Below, piece by piece: positions 21,401 through 31,397 of a stretch of 64,000 nucleotides of DNA. The translations under genes and the position numbers were made by a program. Within the stretch, counting starts at the first letter, position 1. Every line of letters begins with the position of its first letter. The notes beneath the pieces were generated by a model that searched no databases, was not told where the DNA came from, and saw only the letters and a list, made by a program, of their open reading frames with translations. The DNA comes from an uncultured Clostridia bacterium (GTDB lineage: Bacteria; Bacillota; Clostridia; TANB77; CAG-508). The stretch lies in NCBI GenBank assembly GCA_949443285.1, contig CASSLW010000005.1:19588-83587 (forward strand), in the 5' to 3' direction.

Positions 21401-23539
21401 TGATTTTTCATTACTTTTGAAAATACTTCTACATTATAAATTCCCTTACCTGTAAAAATTCCTTCTTTGAAATTATCTTGATAAATATCTGATATTGCGT
21501 TTGTGTACGAGTCAATTCCGCCTGCCCCTGCAAAAATCTTTGTAAATAGACTTTTATAACTGATGTCTAAATTTACGCCAACTCTTGGCTGCATTATTCC
21601 ATATCCGTCTATCACAATATTTTTAGCTGGGTCAATTTCTGGCTTGTTTAAAATATGGTCCATTGCTCCAATTAGCTCAAAAGCTGAATTTAGTATTAGG
21701 TCTGTGTCTGCATCTAAAGTAATTACATATTTTATATTTTTAATTAGTTCTTTGTTGTTTTCTATTGTGTTTTCTCTAAATGGATTTTTTATATTTCCCA
21801 AAATATACTCATTAAACTGGTTTAGCATTCCCCTTTTTCTTTCCCAGCCTAGGTGAGTGCCTTCACTTTTGTTTAAAACTCTTTTTCTGTAAATAAAATT
21901 AAAAATATTTTTTCCGTATTTTTTGTTTAGTTTTTCTATTTGAAGTTTTCCTTCTTCTATTACTTCTTTGTCATACTCTTCTTCCCTATTTAAGCTTTCA
22001 CTACAATCTCCAAGTAGTGTAAAATATAGATTGTCAGATTTATTTGCCAAATAAAAAACTTCTAGCTTTCTTGTTAGTTCTTGCACTTTTTCCCTTGTCT
22101 TTATAATTGTTGGTATTACTACCATTGTGCTACTTTCTTTAGGAATTCCATTTTGAAAATCTAGTTTTGGTATTAGTTTTGGTTTTACTGTTTTATTTAA
22201 AATATATTGTATAATTTGAATTATAATTTCTGATGCTGGAATTAAAAATAAAATTGCTGAAATTAGCCACAGCCATATATTTTCGGTTGGTTTTACTATT
22301 GCCAAACTCGTAATTGCAGATAATATAATGCTAAATATTGCAACTCCAAAAATATATAGTTTTGTTTTATCTTTTGGTGTCATTTGGTTTGAATTTTTAA
22401 TGTTTAGAGTTTTATATAGTTCGTTTTCTCCTTTACCAATTAAATAGTATCCAATATGTGCTTCTTTGCTTGTTTCTTGCTTTGTTCTTGCTAATTCTAG
22501 TACTTTTTTTGTGATATAAATTTCTGATATCTTTGTCTTTTTTGATATTTCTTTTATTTTATTTCTGTAGAACTCTTTTGTCTTATTATCCATTTTCTCG
22601 TAAACATTACTTGGGTCTTGTTTAAGTAACTCTTCTACTCCATTTATTTTTTCAAATATTTCTAAAAAGTTAATTCTTTGTATTTTCTTTATACTTATTA
22701 TGCTATTTCCTATTGATACTTTTCTTACTGCTATATCAAAGTGTTCTTTTTTTATTGCTTCAGATACAGTTGTCCCCGTTAGTTCTACTGTTTCTTCTAA
22801 TGCTGTTAAGTAACTTGAACCTTTTTTCCCATATCTTTTTAGAATATAAGACATGTATTCAACAAAAGAATATTGCATATCTTCTAATATGCTTTTTTCT
22901 AGTGTTCTTCTATTATTATTTTTAAATGTTAACTCTGTTTTTGGCTTGTTCTCAACAAGTCTTTCTACTATATTTTCTGCTCTGTATTTTTGCATTTGGG
23001 AAATATAGATTTTTTCGCATATTTCTCTTATGTTTTCAATTATTGCTATTTGCAAGAATAACCCTATGTTCCATATTTCTTCCATACTTAGATTCTTTTT
23101 TGTTTGATAACTTGCTAAGTAATCTTCTAAATCTTTTCTTTCTATTTTGTTGTCTGTATATGCTACAATTTCAGATGCTAAAACATATATTCTTGCAAAA
23201 CCCTGATATGGTCCATTTGCTATTCCTAAAAAGTTTTTGTATTTTTTTAGTGGCAATTCTTTTTGTATTTGTTTTACTGTTTCTTCTATTATATATAAGT
23301 TATCTAACAACCATTCTCCTGCTGGATGTATGCTTATGCCAAGTTTTAGGTGTTCATTTAATAAGTCGTATACTTCTCCGTATTATTTTAAAGTTTTCTA
23401 GCATTTGTGGTACTGGGTATGTTTCTTTGCTTGATTTGTTTACTAGATTGTGCCCTGATGCTATTTTTTGCAAGTGATTTTCTAGTTGCTTTTTGTCTAA
23501 TGGCGCTCCACTTATTTTTAATATTTTATTTGTGTTCAA
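15465..23539 (-). CDS. cyclic beta-1,2-glucan synthase-like giant glycosyltransferase/phosphorylase (GT84 plus GH94), ~2690 aa, interrupted at two in-frame CGG-A sites (23378-23380 and 16948-16950)
   Basis: Three collinear ORFs (61, 2147 and 470 aa). Supporting features are the GEWLLDNLYIIEE N-terminal motif, TM blocks, and a C-terminal GH94 block YQSGGAYGFRDQLQD..WSIISG.. Confidence 0.8.
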
Positions 23540-23613
23540 AAAAATTCACTCCTTGCCAATATGTTTTATACATATTGTTTGCAAAGAGTGGTAATTTTAT
23601 ACATTTATATTTT

Positions 23614-24432
23614 TTATCTTTCAAAATCCTCTTGTTGTTTTTGTTGTTCTTCTTTTAGTTTTTTAACTTCTCCTTTTGTTGTTGGCTTCATTTCTATTTT
23701 TCCGTTTTTCTCTTCTAATTCTGATGCTGCCATTTTACTTGTTTTATCTAAGTATCTTTTCGCTTTTCCTTTTAATTCTTCTCTTTTTACATCTCCATTT
23801 TCTACCTTATAATTTTCTGATTGAATGTTTCCTAAGTCTTTTATTGACTCTGATATTTCTTTTGACATATTATAGTTTTCGTATTTTATTCCATCTACTG
23901 TTATAACTTCTTTTGTTTTTCCTTCTTCTGTTGTATCTATTCCTGTGAAAAGACTTACACTTTCTTTGTCTTTTCCTGTTGCTTTCGCTATTTTAGTTTT
24001 TTGCATATCCATATTAAGTTCTTCTATATCTTGTAGACTAACTATCAATTCATAATCTGTTACACTTTCTCTATCAATAATTTGTTCTATCTGTTCTAGT
24101 TTTTGCTCTTGTTCTGGTGTTATTTTTAGTTGCTCTAATGTTTTTCCTGCTTCTTTTGCCTCTTCTAGTGTAACTGCTTGGCTATTTTGCCAATGACTTA
24201 TTCCACCAAATGCTGCTCCTGTGGCAAGTATAATTAATCCTAGTTTTTTTAGTCTTTTAGAACTTACCCTTCTTTTTGTTTTTGATTTTGCTATTTTATG
24301 TATTTCTTTTTTAGGTTGGTTTGTTCTTAGTTTCATTACATCTAGTGTTTTTTCTTTTGGTTTAAATTGCATTATATCTAATTGACTTCTATCTACTTTT
24401 AATCCATCTTTAAAACTATTACTCATTTTCAT
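23614..24432 (-). CDS. hypothetical membrane-anchored protein
   Basis: 272 aa with a single TM (LGLIILATGAAFGGI) and a Lys/Glu-rich ectodomain. RBS AGGGGGA. Confidence 0.5.
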   Translation of the reverse strand: MKMSNSFKDGLKVDRSQLDIMQFKPKEKTLDVMKLRTNQPKKEIHKIAKSKTKRRVSSKRLKKLGLIILATGAAFGGISHWQNSQAVTLEEAKEAGKTLEQLKITPEQEQKLEQIEQIIDRESVTDYELIVSLQDIEELNMDMQKTKIAKATGKDKESVSLFTGIDTTEEGKTKEVITVDGIKYENYNMSKEISESIKDLGNIQSENYKVENGDVKREELKGKAKRYLDKTSKMAASELEEKNGKIEMKPTTKGEVKKLKEEQQKQQEDFER

Positions 24433-24551
24433 TCCCCCTATCTTTTCTTTTGCTTTTTTACATGTACATATATATTATACCACTTTTAGGTAAAAAATGC
24501 AAAGAAAGGTAGGTTTTCAATATGAAAACCTACCTTAGACATTTCTGTCAA

Positions 24552-24854
24552 TCAATGGCTCGCTTTTCTGCGATTTCCATTATCATCGATGGTGATCCAC
24601 TCACCATCTTTTTTTGCTGATGCGTATCCTGCAACGAATACGCCAATGCTTTCAAATGTCGCCGGAATTACTTTTCCGTGCATGTTTACAAAGCCATAAA
24701 GCTTCTTACCATCGACATTTTCGCAGAAAATTTCGGGCTCTTTCCAGAGATGCTTGCTTTGCTCCTCTGCATCCCTTGTTGCAGGGTTTATCCATTTATA
24801 TGACATACATGTCTCCTCTTCCCATTCTTGGGGTATGGTTTCATTATAACACAT
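24552..24854 (-). CDS. WG-repeat (KWG) protein fragment in a locally GC-richer patch
   Basis: GKKLYGFVNMHGKVIPATFESIGVFVAGYASAKKDGEWITIDDNG matches the WG repeat pattern. Codon usage (GCG, CCG, CGC) is unlike the neighbouring genes. Confidence 0.5.
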   Translation of the reverse strand: MCYNETIPQEWEEETCMSYKWINPATRDAEEQSKHLWKEPEIFCENVDGKKLYGFVNMHGKVIPATFESIGVFVAGYASAKKDGEWITIDDNGNRRKASH

Positions 24855-24912
24855 TATGTGGATTATTGCAAGCTTTTCTAATTTTTACCAATTTTTGAGT
24901 GCTTAAAGTACT

Positions 24913-25674
24913 TTATTTCTCATAAAAATATGAAGTAATCCCATTATAAATTCCCCATGCTAATCTATTTTGATACTCATCATCCAATAATTGCTTTTCC
25001 TCTTCTGGGTTAGATAAAAAACCACACTCAACAATTGATATTGGAATTTCTACATGTTTCATAATATATACCGTATCTAGCTTCATTGGCACTCTTGTAT
25101 TTTCTTTTTGAATTGATTTATTCAAATTCTCTTGTATCTTCTTTGCTAACTTCGTACTATCTTCATTACCAGGTTTGAAGAAACATTGCCAACCATAATA
25201 TTGCGATTGCGGAATTTTGTTTAGGTGAATCGATACAAATATATCTGCTGAACTTTCATTACCAATTTTTACCCTATTATGTATGTCTGATATCTTTTTT
25301 TGCTTTAGTGTGTTTGCATCTAAGTCATATATTGCATTTTCGTCTGAACGTGTCAATATTACATTGCATCCACTTTGTTCCAATAAGTTTTGCACTTTTA
25401 ATGTTATTTTTAAATTTGTCTGTGCTTCTGTTGTTCCATTACTACTTTGTGCTCCTTCATCTGGTACTCCGTGCCCTGCATCTAATACTACTGTTTTTCC
25501 TGATACTGGTGTTGCTGTTGTTTGTATGCTTTCATTGTTTGTTTTGGTTTGGTTTGCTATGTTTGTGTTTATTGGGTTTGTTTGTTTCATTGCTATTTGA
25601 AAAGTAAAAGCAAATATAGCTATTAGCATGCCTGCTGTTATTATTTTTATTCTTTTTTTGTTGATTACTAACAT
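24913..25674 (-). CDS. cwlD: N-acetylmuramoyl-L-alanine amidase (Amidase_3), CwlD-like
   Basis: VVLDAGHGVPDEGA..DIFVSIHLN..VECGFLSNPEE, with a signal anchor. Confidence 0.7.
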   Translation of the reverse strand: MLVINKKRIKIITAGMLIAIFAFTFQIAMKQTNPINTNIANQTKTNNESIQTTATPVSGKTVVLDAGHGVPDEGAQSSNGTTEAQTNLKITLKVQNLLEQSGCNVILTRSDENAIYDLDANTLKQKKISDIHNRVKIGNESSADIFVSIHLNKIPQSQYYGWQCFFKPGNEDSTKLAKKIQENLNKSIQKENTRVPMKLDTVYIMKHVEIPISIVECGFLSNPEEEKQLLDDEYQNRLAWGIYNGITSYFYEK

Positions 25675-25736
25675 ATAAAAACTCCTAACATAAATATTAT
25701 TACTATTATTTATATTAGAAGTTTTTTATTTTATTA

Positions 25737-26660
25737 CTATTTTCTTCTATCAATTGCATAACTGCTACCCATAACTGATTTAGCCGCATGCTTAACTTGT
25801 GCACCAATTTCACCAATCTCAAGTATATTATTAAATCTGTCATGGTCTGCCACAACTACCCCTATTGAAAGTGATGTTAATGGGAATTTCTCTATAATTC
25901 CTTTTCTATTTTCTACTTCAATGTAGCCATTTTCGAAGTCTTCTTCTGTGAAGAATTTTCCAACATTTGCATCAAAATATGCTAATATGTTTTGGCATAG
26001 TTTTTCACAATGTGTCCCTGGTACTATTGCTACAAAGTCGTCTCCACCGATGTGCCCTACAAATGTGTTTTCTAGCTCATCACTGTGTACTAAATTAACT
26101 ATTGTCTCTGCTGTGAATTCTATTATTTGGTCTCCTTTTAAGAAACCATATACGTCGTTGTATGCCTTGAAGTTGTCCAAGTCTAAGTATAATACTGAAA
26201 ATGCTTCTTTTCTTAATAATCTTTTTTTCAATTCAGCATGTATCTGTACGTTTCCTGGTAATCCTGTTAGTGGACTTACTGTTCTATTACTTGCTAATAG
26301 TCTGTTTAGGTTTTTTACTGTGTAATACAGATATTTTTCATCTACTGGTTTTTTTATGAAGAATTCTACTGATTGTTGCAATATTTTTATTCTGTGGTCT
26401 CTATCGCTTTTTGATGATACTATTATTACTGGTGTTATTGTGTTGTCTTCGTCTTTTCTTATTTTGCTACATAGTTCTATTACGTCTCTATCTATTGCAT
26501 CTTCATTTATTACTATTAGTGATGGTATGTTTTTTAATGCTATGTCTATTTGCTCTGTTTTTACACTGATAAATTTGAATTCTGGGTCATTTTTAAATAA
26601 TTCTCTAAATATTAATATTGAAGAGTCATCATCATCTATTATATAAATTTCTTGTATCAT
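25737..26660 (-). CDS. response-regulator receiver plus GGDEF diguanylate cyclase
   Basis: REC-like N-terminus followed by LTGLPGN..YLDLDNFKAYND..GHIGGDDFVAIV. Confidence 0.8.
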   Translation of the reverse strand: MIQEIYIIDDDDSSILIFRELFKNDPEFKFISVKTEQIDIALKNIPSLIVINEDAIDRDVIELCSKIRKDEDNTITPVIIVSSKSDRDHRIKILQQSVEFFIKKPVDEKYLYYTVKNLNRLLASNRTVSPLTGLPGNVQIHAELKKRLLRKEAFSVLYLDLDNFKAYNDVYGFLKGDQIIEFTAETIVNLVHSDELENTFVGHIGGDDFVAIVPGTHCEKLCQNILAYFDANVGKFFTEEDFENGYIEVENRKGIIEKFPLTSLSIGVVVADHDRFNNILEIGEIGAQVKHAAKSVMGSSYAIDRRK

Positions 26661-26711
26661 GATTTTGCTCCTTTATCTTTTTACTTTTGTTTTATTATAT
26701 CCATAATTATT

Positions 26712-27503
26712 TTATTTTTTCAAGTCTTTTTGTTTATTTTTTCTAAGTTCTACTTTTTTGTTTAAAACTTCTGTTATTTCCTTAGTATTGATTGCAGGAA
26801 ATGCTTTTTTTAGTCTGTATACATTTCTGTATAAATGTAATATTGTTCTGTTTTTCTTTTTGTTTAGTTTTTCTACTATTTCTTGTATGTTTTGTGTTGC
26901 TGTTTTTTTGTCCTCGTCTTTTTCTTTTGACATTGCTTTTATTTCTTTTAGTTTTTCTTTTATTTCTTTATTTATTTTTTCGATGCTGTCTAATGTTCCC
27001 TTAATATTTTTTACTTTTATTATGCTTACTATTGTGTCTGTTATGAATACTATTGTTACAATTGATATTACATAGTGCAATAATGTTGTGTCTATACTTC
27101 CAATTATTTGTTGCATAAATGGATGTATATAGTGAACAAATAGTATTCCTATTACTCCCCAACATATTGAATTTGTCAAACATACTCTTCCTTGTATATT
27201 AAATTTGTGGTCTGAGTAATCCCAATATTTTGTATTAAATAATTTTTCTAGCAATACTCCTACAAGATATTCCCATATTGACATTGCAAGTAGTGAAACT
27301 ATAAATAGCAATACTATGTGGTCTTTTAACCCACTTAAAAATAAGAACATTATACATGCGCCTATTCCATATATTGGGCAAAATGGTCCTATAAGAAATC
27401 CTGTGTTTATTAGTTTTCTTTCTATTACTGATCTTACTACTGATTCCATTATCCATCCTAAAAATGAATATATTATAAAATATGTTAGTATTTCAAATAT
27501 CAT
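26712..27503 (-). CDS. membrane protein, putative ABC-transporter type IV (PF06541-like) with a coiled-coil tail
   Basis: YFIIYSFLGWIMESVVRSV..GPFCPIYGIGA. The start at 27501-27503 follows GAAGGAGAA. Confidence 0.55.
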   Translation of the reverse strand: MIFEILTYFIIYSFLGWIMESVVRSVIERKLINTGFLIGPFCPIYGIGACIMFLFLSGLKDHIVLLFIVSLLAMSIWEYLVGVLLEKLFNTKYWDYSDHKFNIQGRVCLTNSICWGVIGILFVHYIHPFMQQIIGSIDTTLLHYVISIVTIVFITDTIVSIIKVKNIKGTLDSIEKINKEIKEKLKEIKAMSKEKDEDKKTATQNIQEIVEKLNKKKNRTILHLYRNVYRLKKAFPAINTKEITEVLNKKVELRKNKQKDLKK

Positions 27504-27572
27504 TATTTCTCCTTCATTTTTAACAACCTCCCACATTTACATTGTAGGAGGTATGTTTTTGTTAATTATGTT

Positions 27573-28511
27573 CTATTTTCTGAACATTACTCTTGATTCT
27601 TCATATACTCCACTTTCGTTATATACTCTTATTATCAATTTGTTATCTCCTTCACGTAGTGGATATTTATATTCAAATTCTTTTCTTTGTTCTATTGGTA
27701 ATACTTTGTCTACGTCTAAGCTATTTCTTTCGTCTTCGTTTATTATGAATTCTACTCTTTTTACTCCTTCTTCATCTGATGCTTTTATTACGAAGTTTTC
27801 CCCTGTTTCATCTACTGTTACATTTAATTTTGGTTTTGTTACTGCCTTTACCTCTTGTTCTTCTGTTTCTGTGTTGTTGTCTATATCTACTACTATTAAT
27901 GTTAAAGTATGTTGTCCTTTTGGTATTTCTATTGTTTTTTCTGCTTCATATCCGTCTAATTCTTCTTCTTTTTCTTCTTCATCATCCCAACGATATGTCA
28001 TATATGCTAGTTCTGTTTCTGATTCTATGTTTACTTTTAGGTCTGTTCCATTTGCTTCTAGTTGTATGTCTATTTTTCTTTGTGCTGCATAAGAGCTTTC
28101 ATTTGTTGCTGTTTGCTCATTTATGTCTTCTGCATATATTTTTAGTATGTTGTTACTTCCTGATGGAATTTCTACTATTTGAGAAATTTCATTTCTTGAG
28201 TTTGTTTCTATTTCTATTGGCTCTTCGTCGTTCCAGCTGTATGTTACTTTTGCTAGTGGTTTGTCGTGTGTTATTTGTATTGTTACTTGTGTTCCTGCTG
28301 TTTGACTTGCTACTATTATTGGTCTTGTTGCTGGTTTTGGTTCTGTTTTTCCTTTATACATAGAGTATGAGCCACTTCCTACTATTGCTATTCCAAATAT
28401 TATCATTATTATAGCAAATATTCTTACTATTTTTTGAATTTCTATTGGTCCGCCTGGGCTTTTTCTTCTTTTTTCTTTTTTTGTGTTTTCTACACTTAAT
28501 ATTTGATTCAA
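27573..28511 (-). CDS. membrane-anchored protein with repeated Ig-like beta domains
   Basis: N-terminal TM followed by three similar ~80-aa segments (..YSWNDEEPIEIE.., ..YRWDDEEEKEE.., ..VEFIINEDE..). Confidence 0.5.
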   Translation of the reverse strand: MNQILSVENTKKEKRRKSPGGPIEIQKIVRIFAIIMIIFGIAIVGSGSYSMYKGKTEPKPATRPIIVASQTAGTQVTIQITHDKPLAKVTYSWNDEEPIEIETNSRNEISQIVEIPSGSNNILKIYAEDINEQTATNESSYAAQRKIDIQLEANGTDLKVNIESETELAYMTYRWDDEEEKEEELDGYEAEKTIEIPKGQHTLTLIVVDIDNNTETEEQEVKAVTKPKLNVTVDETGENFVIKASDEEGVKRVEFIINEDERNSLDVDKVLPIEQRKEFEYKYPLREGDNKLIIRVYNESGVYEESRVMFRK

Positions 28512-28637
28512 AGTTTTTTCACCTCTTTTGTTTTTTCGTTAAAATTATATCATATGGTGTTTTAATTGTAAATGTTTTGGGCATAAAAAATCGCAAGCCT
28601 TTTATATTTTTTGCTTGCGATTGTTTTATTTTTAAAA

Positions 28638-28913
28638 TTAGTTTTGTGCATATGGTAAAAGTGCAATGTGTCTTGCTCTTTTTACTGCTGTTGTGATATC
28701 TCTTTGGTGTTTAGCACATGCTCCAGTTGTTCTTCTTGGTAATATCTTACCTTTATCATTTACGAATTTTTTTAATTGTTCTGGATTTTTGTAGTCTAAT
28801 TCAAAGTTTTTATCACTGCATAATACGCATACTTTTTTTCTTTGTTTTCTGAATCTTGGATTGTAATCCTCATCATAGTTTTTATTTCTTCTATTTTGTT
28901 TTTTGTCTGCCAT
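28638..28913 (-). CDS. rpsR: 30S ribosomal protein S18
   Basis: [49 protein letters not shown]. Confidence 0.95.
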   Translation of the reverse strand: MADKKQNRRNKNYDEDYNPRFRKQRKKVCVLCSDKNFELDYKNPEQLKKFVNDKGKILPRRTTGACAKHQRDITTAVKRARHIALLPYAQN

Positions 28914-28934
28914 TTTTATTTCACCCCTCTTTTT

Positions 28935-29360
28935 TTAGAATGGTAGGTCATCACTTGAAGATACTTCGAAATCAGCTCCCATGTTTCCTGGTGCTGTATT
29001 TCCAAATGTGTTTTCGAATGCGTTATTTCCATCGCCTTCTCTTTTGCTATCTGCAAAATATGCTTCTTCAGCTACTACTTCTGTTATGTAGTGTTTTGTT
29101 CCTTGGTCATCGTCCCAAGTTCTTGTTTGTATTCTTCCTATAACTCCTACTTGTTGACCTTTTTTAAAGTATTTGCTACAAAATTCTCCAAGTTTACTCC
29201 ATGCTACTATGTTTATGAAGTCTGCTTGTCTTTCTTCACCTTGTCTTACAAATCTTCTATTTACTGCTAAGCTAAATGATGCTACTAATGTGTTGTTTGT
29301 TTGTGTATATCTTACTTCTGGGTCTCTTGTTAGTCTTCCCATTAATATTACTTTGTTCAT
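28935..29360 (-). CDS. ssb: single-stranded DNA-binding protein
   Basis: MNKVILMGRLTRDPEVRYT..; C-terminal DDLPF tip; located between rpsF and rpsR. Confidence 0.92.
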   Translation of the reverse strand: MNKVILMGRLTRDPEVRYTQTNNTLVASFSLAVNRRFVRQGEERQADFINIVAWSKLGEFCSKYFKKGQQVGVIGRIQTRTWDDDQGTKHYITEVVAEEAYFADSKREGDGNNAFENTFGNTAPGNMGADFEVSSSDDLPF

Positions 29361-29438
29361 TTTCTATCACCTTTCTTACTTTAAATAAAGGCCCCTATTT
29401 ACTTTATTTAATTTTATTTTTTTGTTTGCTAATTTGCA

Positions 29439-29723
29439 TTAGTCTTCTTTTCTTACTACGATGTATTTGATTATATCGTCTGTAATTCTGTAAACTCTTT
29501 CAAGTTCTGTTATTGAAGCTGGTTGTGCTTCGAAGTTGAATAGTAGGTATGTTGCTTCGCTGAATTTCTTTATTTCATATGCTAGTTTCTTTTTACCCAT
29601 ATTTTCTACTGATTCTACTTTTCCGTTTTCGTTAATTAACCCTGTGAATTTTTCTTCTAGTGCTTTTAGTCCTGCTTCGTCTACATTTGGGTTAACAATG
29701 ATTATACTTTCGTATTTGTTCAT
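29439..29723 (-). CDS. rpsF: 30S ribosomal protein S6
   Basis: MNKYESIIIVNPNV.. The start at 29721-29723 follows AAGGGAGGTGA; the track ORF is over-extended. Confidence 0.93.
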   Translation of the reverse strand: MNKYESIIIVNPNVDEAGLKALEEKFTGLINENGKVESVENMGKKKLAYEIKKFSEATYLLFNFEAQPASITELERVYRITDDIIKYIVVRKED

Positions 29724-29818
29724 TATTTTCACCTCCCTTTGGATTTTTAACCTACATTTTCTGTAAGTAGAGATTTGAAATTGCACAAAAATAGCTGTGC
29801 TTTTTTCAAAACATAGCT

Positions 29819-29847
29819 ATTGTATCATATTTATTTACTTTTTGCAA
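29819..29847 (-). promoter_or_regulatory. sigma-A type promoter of the rpsF-ssb-rpsR operon
   Basis: The minus strand reads TTGCAA, 17 nt, TACAAT, with a TG one base upstream of the -10 (extended -10). Confidence 0.55.
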
Positions 29848-29903
29848 GCGTTTTACAAAATTTTACTTTTCTCTAACTTTTCATGTAGTTTTCGTATTTA
29901 AGT

Positions 29904-29938
29904 AAACTAAAAACAGCTAGGAATTTCCCAACTGTTTT
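29904..29938 (-). terminator. hairpin terminator of gene 29945-30343; near-duplicate of 31336-31370
   Basis: aaaacag/ctgtttt stem flanked by A- and T-runs. Confidence 0.6.
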
Positions 29939-29944
29939 CAGTAT

Positions 29945-30343
29945 CTAAGCATTTCTAAGTATGAAGCATCTTTCTACTCCATTCAAATCGAAAATTATTT
30001 TTGGATATTTGGAAAATTGATATTTGTAGCCTTTCGGATATGAAAGATTTTTGAATGTTTCTATATTCAGCGCTGAGCCATAATATAAAACATTTATCTC
30101 TTCATCCACCATCACGTCTCCTTCTTCCATTTTTTCCGAATTGAGAAGAATTAGTGATTTGATTAGTTTTTCTTGCTCTGAAAGTTCACTTCGTTCAATT
30201 TTCAATAATTCGTTTCGAATGGTTTCGAATTCAGTATCCTCACCTTTTTTGAAAAGGCTAACTTCAACTTTCTTGGTCTTTTGGACTTTTATCTCATTAG
30301 ATTGATATTCCTTTCTCCGCTGTCTCTTAGATTTTTTTGGCAT
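29945..30343 (-). CDS. hypothetical protein (contains one of only two uninterrupted in-frame CGG codons in the window)
   Basis: 132-aa ORF starting MPKKSKRQRRKEY..; the CGG is at 30317-30319. Confidence 0.45.
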   Translation of the reverse strand: MPKKSKRQRRKEYQSNEIKVQKTKKVEVSLFKKGEDTEFETIRNELLKIERSELSEQEKLIKSLILLNSEKMEEGDVMVDEEINVLYYGSALNIETFKNLSYPKGYKYQFSKYPKIIFDLNGVERCFILRNA

Positions 30344-30490
30344 GTATTTTCTCCCTTCTAGGCACTAGCCAACTTCCTGTTTATACAAGAATTACATGCT
30401 TTTTTTAGTTGCATATTTGTATTATACCATAATTTTATGTTGACAACAAGTTTTTTTACAGTTTTTTCTAAATTTCTATATTTTATTTTC

Positions 30491-30984
30491 CTATGCCATT
30501 TTTAATTTTTCTAGTTCTTTTCTGTCTATTTTCGTTATCTTCACTATTTGTTCATCATTCATATTGTCCCTTATCATTTCCTTTGCAATTTGTGTTATCG
30601 CTTTGGCAATCCCTAATTTTTCGCCACGTTTTTCGCCTTCTATCTTTCCTTTTCTCTCTTTATCTTCTAGTAATTCCATAAATAATTTCTCAAATTTCAT
30701 ATCTTTGTTTCCTCCTTTTTCTAATTTTTTTAAATATTCTTCTGCTCCATTTGGTGTAATCTTTCTAATCTTATTTGAGTACTTAAGCATTAATGAAATA
30801 TATCTGTTTTCTTCTGCTGTTAATTCTTTATTTGCTATTTCGTTAATTATTTCTTCTAATTCTTGTTTTGTATTTATTTTTTCAAATAGTCATCAAAAAC
30901 ATATTTTGCTGATTCTTCTCTTACTCCTTCCGGAAAACTTTTTGAACATTTAAAATAGTCTACATATGTAAATATTTGCATCAT
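30491..30984 (-). pseudogene. remnant of an Rpn-family (YhgA-like) recombination-promoting nuclease, C-terminal half, broken in an A-run
   Basis: The tail EGEKRGEKLGIAKAITQIAKEMIRDNMNDEQIVKITKIDRKELEKLK is typical of Rpn C-termini. An upstream 36-aa piece sits in another frame across gaaaaaataa. Confidence 0.5.
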
Positions 30985-30998
30985 TTTTCCTCACTTTC

Positions 30999-31027
30999 AT
31001 TTTAATATTTTTTTATTTATTTGTCAA
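30999..31027 (-). promoter_or_regulatory. consensus-like promoter upstream of the Rpn remnant
   Basis: The minus strand reads TTGACA, 17 nt, TAAAAT, then GAGGAAAAATG. Confidence 0.45.
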
Positions 31028-31335
31028 CATTTCTTCATTAGTAAATATAGGGGTGTTTCTCTTATTTCCTATTAGTTTCCTTTTTCTATCGCCTTCTTTC
31101 TCTCTATTTTTTGTTTTCTGAGTTTTTGTTTCGATTTAAAAATCTCTGATTTTAACTGATTGCAAATTTTGATTTATAATAAAATCCTAGCATTGATTAA
31201 AAATTGTTCAATGCTTTTACATACTGAAAAAGCATATATCATCTGCACATTTATTAATATAACAGATTTTATATATTTTTTCAATATTTTTGTTTAAATT
31301 TTCTCCAACTTTTAAGAAAAATTTTTTATTCAAAC

Positions 31336-31370
31336 AAACTAAAAACAGATAGGACATTCCCAACTGTTTT
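31336..31370 (-). terminator. hairpin terminator of the XRE gene; near-duplicate of 29904-29938
   Basis: aaactaaaaacagataggacattcccaactgtttt. Confidence 0.6.
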
Positions 31371-31397
31371 TAGCTTTTTCATTAACTTACAAAATTT

